A DNA stretch of 64,000 nucleotides. Origin: a virus. The stretch lies in the IMG/VR virus record IMGVR_UViG_3300023184_000070, positions 1-64,000 of that record. One strand, written 5' to 3'. Under the pieces are notes generated by a model. The model did no database searches. It saw only the letters and a program-made list of their open reading frames with translations, and was not told the DNA's origin. A program made the translations under genes and the position numbers. Below are positions 61,901 through 64,000 of this stretch, piece by piece (within the stretch, counting starts at the first letter, position 1; each line of letters opens with the position of its first letter).

Positions 61901-62240
61901 CAATAGATTTGAAGAATATCGCACAAACTATACTTTTAAGAAAACCAATCCAAGTTTTACAACCGGTTTTATGGTAGCAGATCTATTGGAAGTAACAAAA
62001 AATCAATTGAGTGTGTATATTGATATAACTAAGTTACAGCTAGACATTGATTATACCTTATCAATAGCTAACTCTCGCGCAGTAATAACATTTACAGCAG
62101 ATGCAGTGGCCCGCATTGCAAATGGTATTAGAGTAGTTGCCAAGTACCGTGAATATGCCCAATGGCAAGATTATAATACCACTTTAGGTGATTCAACCAC
62201 CCCTATAGCAGTATTTTTGAAGAGTAAACCCTATTATTAA
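49941..62240 (+). CDS. Giant baseplate wedge protein (gp7 position) with FG-GAP-like beta-propeller repeats, 4099 aa
   Basis: Uninterrupted ORF after gp6; repeated (F/Y)G.SV.IS..G..L.VGAP blades; VTVTNRGQGYTEAP.../ITIVNPG repeats. Confidence 0.75.
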   Translation: MAASRTLNFLPEIFQTDTNKKFLSATLDQLISEPSFTRLNGYIGRNFAPGYKSTDTYISEIDSSRQNYQLEPSIVIKNAAGEIEQYSGYSDLINKIQYYGGETTNHDRLFSSESYTYDGLFDFDKFINYSQYYWVPNGLDPVPVTSAIVNSQQTFTITKNTNTNLFDIDSNLSNPRLVVVRGGLYKFKVNQPGSKFWIQTEPSETGTRIGQPKISSRDVLGVSNNGADVGVVEFRVPLIDVQDNFLAMPLLSSVDYATTTPMNQIVGQRFQDVVNTLGGIDGITLSPGNKTIIFITDGMPTVWKIRMTTAGGSSDIIALDVFQALPENHKVYVRSGNTYAGKEFFNKSVINKLTQIPALTAQLNRLYYQDATNPAAYGIIDIVNDAVDSIDVHDEIIGNSKFTSPNGVQFTNGLMVTFDSTVTPSNYANKTYVVEGVGKSISLVAFANLVCPEPGVLTSQVPFDKVPYGSGAFDEVYRGPVTPDYILCNRASLDLSPWARQNRWFHIDVIEATARYNQTVPTFDQASRAQRPIIEFDASIQLINSGRIGKPPVDIIDTTLTDVFGISNKRTVDFINVGLTYTLNFTPDAGDKITVTAGNILVPESEYSIVGNVLTLHSAQMGFDIRVESTRQSSVQNSRSLAVNDIEFKQGQRVLFAADHDPLVRTQAYTVQYSIQNDSTRYSYYDGKGSGQITIEPFDISFVSVSNPAIDDSDPELPNRYVWEVIGSSDILTATEIRGLDYPAGAAIGVVDSVVSTGNRHYLIYFTTSYELTGYQIFDIQLIGSSGSNYVFGGNTKFTTDLKVGGAMYTMDGVYIGTIAHINTDTKLRLEEKSNAILLAQEYQYRDPRIQLIVSKDSEDTYDEFDSIVALSGPWQGISLWYTGTEWVRSQQKTKVNQPPKFDVFDLNDRSFLSSTYTSSKFAGTEIFSYSVGTGNNDSVLGFPLSYRNFNSLADILFNNDFDNDQFTHVRNGKIVSKNVNTGYLRQNTSRLDYTKRNVWSTRDELDKQYQSISATYTGDSTYFEIDVLPAPAINVPNLKVFLNNVLLNSTDYQLVTVGAKKAIHVTKQMSIGDIVNILIYSLEPSTIGFYQVPQNLDYNSKNLPLTTLTLGQLRNHVTVVGQNSIGVSGAVPGNSNLRDIDLKNHGGNILQSAAPTIYASLFLISKQANFINGVDYARREYSKFKNKFLETALTLSGLDYNNPSTAVDVILQTINQAKNPSFPWNSSDMVPYGTYTATRYTVVDPLNRQYKINSIFDITQLQTRAILVYSGSHQLVYGKDYYFPLDRPAIIINDAVDLIAGSIIEIREYNTEGNYIPETPTKLGLYPKFLPAIFNDNTYSNPIQVIQGHDGSLTPIFGDYRDLFLLELETRIYNNIKTNYGKSGFDLRDYIPGRFRETEYTLEEFDAIKARSFMKWAGANRVNFNTNTYYKSGDPFTYNYKSSTDVLFNKSLPGWWRGIYNYFYDTNRPHTHPWEMLGFTETPSWWVETYGPVPYTAENQSLWKDLSLGIIRKGARAGTYAKYARAELLSIIPVDLHGNLLPPLGLIAKQFNGSRTAESFSIGDQSPAESAWMRSSDYPFALQQIVAVMKPAMYFAMLFDTTVYQKNNYFNQYQILSTGQRLNPTDITIHREIVNGSPVNAAGYINYISDYLIGQGINGPATIRSLLSNLNVQLCYKTAGFTDKNYLTVLAEQYSPGSINESIIIPDQNYQIYLNKSVPIDRVTYSAVIIEKTDTGYSVTGYDNNSPFFVIIPSDTNGESYNISVQNIGATIYKNYQFVKLSIPYGHEFTSRQQVVDFLVSYQRYLNSQGFIFDEYNQDLAMTQDWVLSAHEFLTWTLQGWNSGSMMIVSPCNNKLNLISSYSVVDEITNEYLGSRILDPNFSVIKNDNLFIVREAENFVIQTTTNQTIAYAELDLVQHEHILVFDNVTIFNDVIYSPELGSRQYRLKLVGEKTANWDGSLYAPGFIYNSSKIALWKASTDYHKGDIVDYKNTYYTAIQDTAATDTFILKDWKIINKEDVKTGLLPNFATNAAKFNDLYDVDSSTTSEQLQEFGAGLIGFRKRDYLTDLNLSVTSQIKFYQGFIKDKGTKNAINALKNSLFNNLKNDVTYYEEWGFRVGEYGAQNSNHTVELQLDESWKYTGDLGLAIIDNDAEPINGIISIRDQNLYARPLQRVPVNFLNRTPNSSIEDDIQSAGYAIIDDVDATIFDSSTFNTTITDLSVITSGFTIWVAKGNNRDWDIYRVNETNNIITDIEYALDLRGRVKTKNPHNFKVGDIVLIKQFNDLFNGFQEIVEVDTLTSFVTATTIAQNLLLKNSPISGAGILFVLSSIRFNSPKEIANATPLHTWKDGDLTWVDADEHGNWVVYEKSSPWQYATLLDMQTREHMAYSHYGTSVKISPDGKFIAVGSPGDYSGVGALHVFKNDATKKEIAVLPLAKSNITALGSTVDASDQHIIVGAPDTNLDTGKVVVYSVIDPAYVRPVQIIDNPTGLPASKFGSSISVSQNGQYLYIGSPGVDRVFCYKLVDHTFNTTAFKAVIGKSYTLPYTVGAAESLAVYYKNELLTLGTDYTVSNNSVVVNSSVFNINEFDIFTEQEDGFIVITRRAYYQYLSVILGAEAGVLFGHSVKTESTGKILVIGAPNSRVNGKLYAGAAYVYKNTNNSISLVEKIKPDVSTYRANFGTSVEVSNNDCNIYVGAPGYSYDEYSGGAVFRFVNTGLLHGIVVSTPISGNLLSGNIVVNGNLINFPGGVISNLASAINQANIKGIIATSSQNILTIKSALTTPFNKLEVLPNGNSLDYYGISVYKLTEKIVKPFKATGDKFGSKVRTSANAETLLISSINGSIELYANLDNAKTTFDGKITRFIDYFMGTGAVYTYDFMPSSIKDLDPNGRFSMAQEFGTANLRAGDLFGDSVDFNLNSLVIGATLHDNTLPAKQDAGQVYCYENATGKIGWNKIKHQLPAVDVNGINRIFLYDAKTKSMLTSLDYIDPAKGKVLGIAAQDLDFKSSYDPASYNSGTAVDQTRSNEYHWNAAQVGVTWWNLNTLRYIDYEQGDINYRLKNWGKLFPGSDVAVYEWVASNLLPSEYSTVEQGTPLYADNSAYVTTYGLDINGVITSTYYYWVKGRSDVPRNGKRLLSATGIENVIANPKLQNIPYAEILSDRSIGLVNCEKYISGTNTILQVDYDSVLNTNVMHNEFELVQQGNGNSILPTRISDKLVDSLSGVDRLGMVVPDPKLRYSQQIGLGLRPRQTLVRNRNTALKNIVEYANLVFSGTTASTKIQSTHTYTLANWFAKDPEPPESEYDVRAENITELGYVNQFDEVGDILVGLRVLVADDQDYYGLWTLRELTAAGEYAVVKNQQFNTTKLWGFDTWYSSEFTSGTTINYIVEQYSDIEKINIVAGDIVKVLNGPKKGFEIYKFSSATDSALIALEFGTLKINDLIWNTDINGVGFDNAVFDGSSFDNDYSQEIRNILIGLQKNILIEDLADDYNKLMFVAVDYILSEQKNIDWAFKTSFIDVLHQIRDLDQFPLYVKDNTSYYKQYLEEVKPYRTKIRNYRVGYTGMDVASAYTSDFDLPGYYDSDLKRFRSPSTEYFAKDSKLFLLPEYQDWYNNYLNSIASVTVTNRGQGYTEAPVITIIDSAGSGTGVVAYATIGEIAGTIDSITIVNPGKNFRGEPKVLISGVGTGATAVARLSNNKVRSIKTTLKFDRVDYSTDITEWLPNTSYASGRRVSYGGQGYMATDAVPAGQLFNFALFEKIADTDYKSAVDRIASRYQPTKHQVPREFDPATGVINLSRIVPVADYRVNDNTEIYNDTSLASPMNYDDATGTNLTDINLSGGTFVEEKIARAPEELIPGTTLDTLVMTVITDISANIGAPGNVAYRMFKSIDENTEYYSVTGSNVSLLTSTLNRTDTTANVASVSLVFGGVTTGSVFINGEKIIYRDVDFENNRLLHLSRGVGGTPIPATHSVDSRVESAGPDLAIPNRFEEYRTNYTFKKTNPSFTTGFMVADLLEVTKNQLSVYIDITKLQLDIDYTLSIANSRAVITFTADAVARIANGIRVVAKYREYAQWQDYNTTLGDSTTPIAVFLKSKPYY

Positions 62241-62257
62241 TCATGATAAATAATAAC

Positions 62258-62911
62258 ATGAACCCAATATCACACCCTACCCAAGAAGTGCCTGCTAAGT
62301 TGCCAGATGAAAACTCTGGGGTATCAGTGCAAGGACATATCAAAATTTTTGATCCCAAGTCCGGAGAAGTATTTGTTAATAAGCGAAACGCTATTCATTA
62401 TGAGAATATTAGTGAAGCGATGGCTTACAGTTTAGCCAACAAAGCAAATTCTTTTATAGCTGAAATGCATTTTGGTAACGGTGGAACTACAATTGACCCA
62501 ACTGGTGTTATTAACTATTTGCCCCCAAACGTTAAAACTCAAAATAGTGATCTGTACAACCCTACATATTTTAAAATTGTTGATAACAATAACATACACA
62601 ATCAAGCACCAATGCACAACAAAATGACAATTGTGCATGTTCCTGGCACAGTGTATACTGATATTTTAGTTACTTGCCTGTTAGACTACGGTGAGCCCGA
62701 AACTGGTCAGCTGCCGTTTGATAATGCCCAAAATACCAATTACGATTATGTATTTGACGAATTAGGACTTAAAGGTTATAACGAAGCCGGTGCCGGCCTA
62801 GGCAAGTTACTGACGCACGTAATTTTTCACCCAGTACAAAAAAGTTTAAATCGCCAGATACAAATAGATTATACTGTTCGCGTACAGACAATCACTAATT
62901 TAACAAGTTAA
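62258..62911 (+). CDS. Baseplate structural protein, 217 aa
   Basis: GHIKIFDP...[30 protein letters not shown]; ATG 62258 lies 5 nt after TAAATA. Confidence 0.7.
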   Translation: MNPISHPTQEVPAKLPDENSGVSVQGHIKIFDPKSGEVFVNKRNAIHYENISEAMAYSLANKANSFIAEMHFGNGGTTIDPTGVINYLPPNVKTQNSDLYNPTYFKIVDNNNIHNQAPMHNKMTIVHVPGTVYTDILVTCLLDYGEPETGQLPFDNAQNTNYDYVFDELGLKGYNEAGAGLGKLLTHVIFHPVQKSLNRQIQIDYTVRVQTITNLTS

Positions 62912-62915
62912 TTAT

Positions 62916-63932
62916 ATGCCATACGTAGTACGAAAAACTAACGGAACAAATCTACTTACTATCCAAGATGGGGCATTGGATTTTTCTACTGGATTGTACC
63001 TAATAGGTCGCAGTTATGCCGGGTACGGGGAAATTTTAGCTGATAACTTTGTACGATTGGCTGAAAATTTTGCTAATATTGCGCCCCCGCAAAACCCGTT
63101 AGAAGGACAAGTTTGGTACGACAGTACAGCTAAAAAACTTAAAGTTTGGTCTCTTGATGCTAACAACTTTGGTGATTGGCAAGCAGTAGCACAAGCAGGA
63201 AGTATAGGCCCACGTGGCGCTACGGGATTTACTGGACCCACAGGCCCCACAGGCCCCACAGGAGTCGGTGCAACTGGGGCAACTGGGGCAACTGGCGAAA
63301 CAGGCCCAACTGGTAGAACTGGGCCCACCGGCACTCAAGGCCCAATTGGATTAACAGGTGCTACTGGTTCTACCGGACCCACTGGATTTACTGGTGCAAC
63401 AGGACCCACAGGCCCCACTGGAATTGGTGCTACTGGTTCAACTGGACCTACAGGACCCACAGGACCATCCGGAATTGGTGCTACTGGTCCTAAGGGAGAT
63501 ACAGGATCCACTGGGCCAACTGGACCACAAGGGCCCAACAGCGCATTTGATCCCGGAACACAAACAATTACTGGGACAGATACTAATCAGCCCATTATAT
63601 TAAACCCAAATGGCACTGGTGGGGTACAAATAGTAGGAACATCAAATGCTGCATTATATCCGTCGTTGAACGGCGGTCTTACCCTTGGTACCAGTGGTAA
63701 ACGATGGAAAAGTTTGTATGTTAACACAGTTTTTTTCAATGACGGAACCAATACCACTAGTGGCGGCGCTATATTAGGGGTTCCTACTCCTGCTACTAGT
63801 TTTGGGGCAGCCGGGAACAAACGCGGAATGATATCGTTTGACTATACATATTTGTATTACTGTTCTGATGATTACACTGACGGATCGATAAGGATTTGGA
63901 GGCGAGTAGCATGGAGCACTGCAAACTGGTAA
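62916..63932 (+). CDS. Baseplate/short fibre protein with collagen-like segment, 338 aa
   Basis: MPY...[12 protein letters not shown]...NF..LAENFA...[10 protein letters not shown]-terminal domain followed by GPT/GAT triplets. Confidence 0.75.
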   Translation: MPYVVRKTNGTNLLTIQDGALDFSTGLYLIGRSYAGYGEILADNFVRLAENFANIAPPQNPLEGQVWYDSTAKKLKVWSLDANNFGDWQAVAQAGSIGPRGATGFTGPTGPTGPTGVGATGATGATGETGPTGRTGPTGTQGPIGLTGATGSTGPTGFTGATGPTGPTGIGATGSTGPTGPTGPSGIGATGPKGDTGSTGPTGPQGPNSAFDPGTQTITGTDTNQPIILNPNGTGGVQIVGTSNAALYPSLNGGLTLGTSGKRWKSLYVNTVFFNDGTNTTSGGAILGVPTPATSFGAAGNKRGMISFDYTYLYYCSDDYTDGSIRIWRRVAWSTANW

Positions 63933-63959
63933 ATAACATTAATTGCGGAGTATTTTAGA

Positions 63960-64000
63960 ATGGCATACAACATTACATTATCAAACGGTGACTCTCTGGT
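63960..64000 (+). CDS. Probable paralog of the preceding protein (partial, runs off the right edge)
   Basis: TAAATA and GGAG upstream; MAYNITLSNGDSL resembles [13 protein letters not shown]. Confidence 0.5.
   Translation, partial: MAYNITLSNGDSL

Noticed and set aside
5-63820. Many short ORF-track entries (poly-Pro, PVAPVGP, SSPPM types) opposite long genes
   Set aside because: Antisense shadows of Gly-rich, collagen or acidic-repeat genes.
1-64000. Stop-codon reassignment, tRNA genes, inteins, integrase, reverse transcriptase/DGR
   Set aside because: Core genes are full length in the standard code and end in TAA, TAG and TGA; I saw no cloverleaf, intein termini, recombinase or RT motifs, or adenine-specific repeat pair.

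Overview
A 64-kb segment of a large T4-like (Straboviridae/Kyanoviridae-type gene set) myophage read in the standard genetic code. Positions 1-25.1 kb (minus strand) hold tail-fibre, collagen-like, glycine-rich and other virion-associated genes plus a pirin. 25.2-33.7 kb (minus) is the head module (gp23 capsid, gp22 scaffold, gp21 protease, acidic core protein, gp20 portal) and a tape-measure-like gene. 33.7-39.9 kb holds a gp26/gp51-like pair, a small membrane protein, a roughly 450-nt non-coding gap, a stand-alone GIY-YIG nuclease, gp46/gp47 and the gp55 late sigma factor. 39.9-64 kb (plus) is the baseplate module (gp53-, gp27-, gp5-, gp25-, gp6-like genes and a 4099-aa wedge protein). Late promoters have a (TA)TAAATA core. 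Best leads: (1) a dense, apparently pseudoknotted ~400-nt candidate ncRNA starting right after the stop codon of a catalytic-domain-only GIY-YIG nuclease; (2) a T TTT TTC -1 slippery site that would fuse the gp26-like and gp51-like ORFs beside the tape-measure gene, as in lambda G/G-T; (3) an ATC start codon on the gp55 gene; (4) several leaderless genes and structured late leaders; (5) a fibre protein keeping a 15-residue period across three different repeat families. All assignments come from reading motifs by eye; no searches or folding programs were run.
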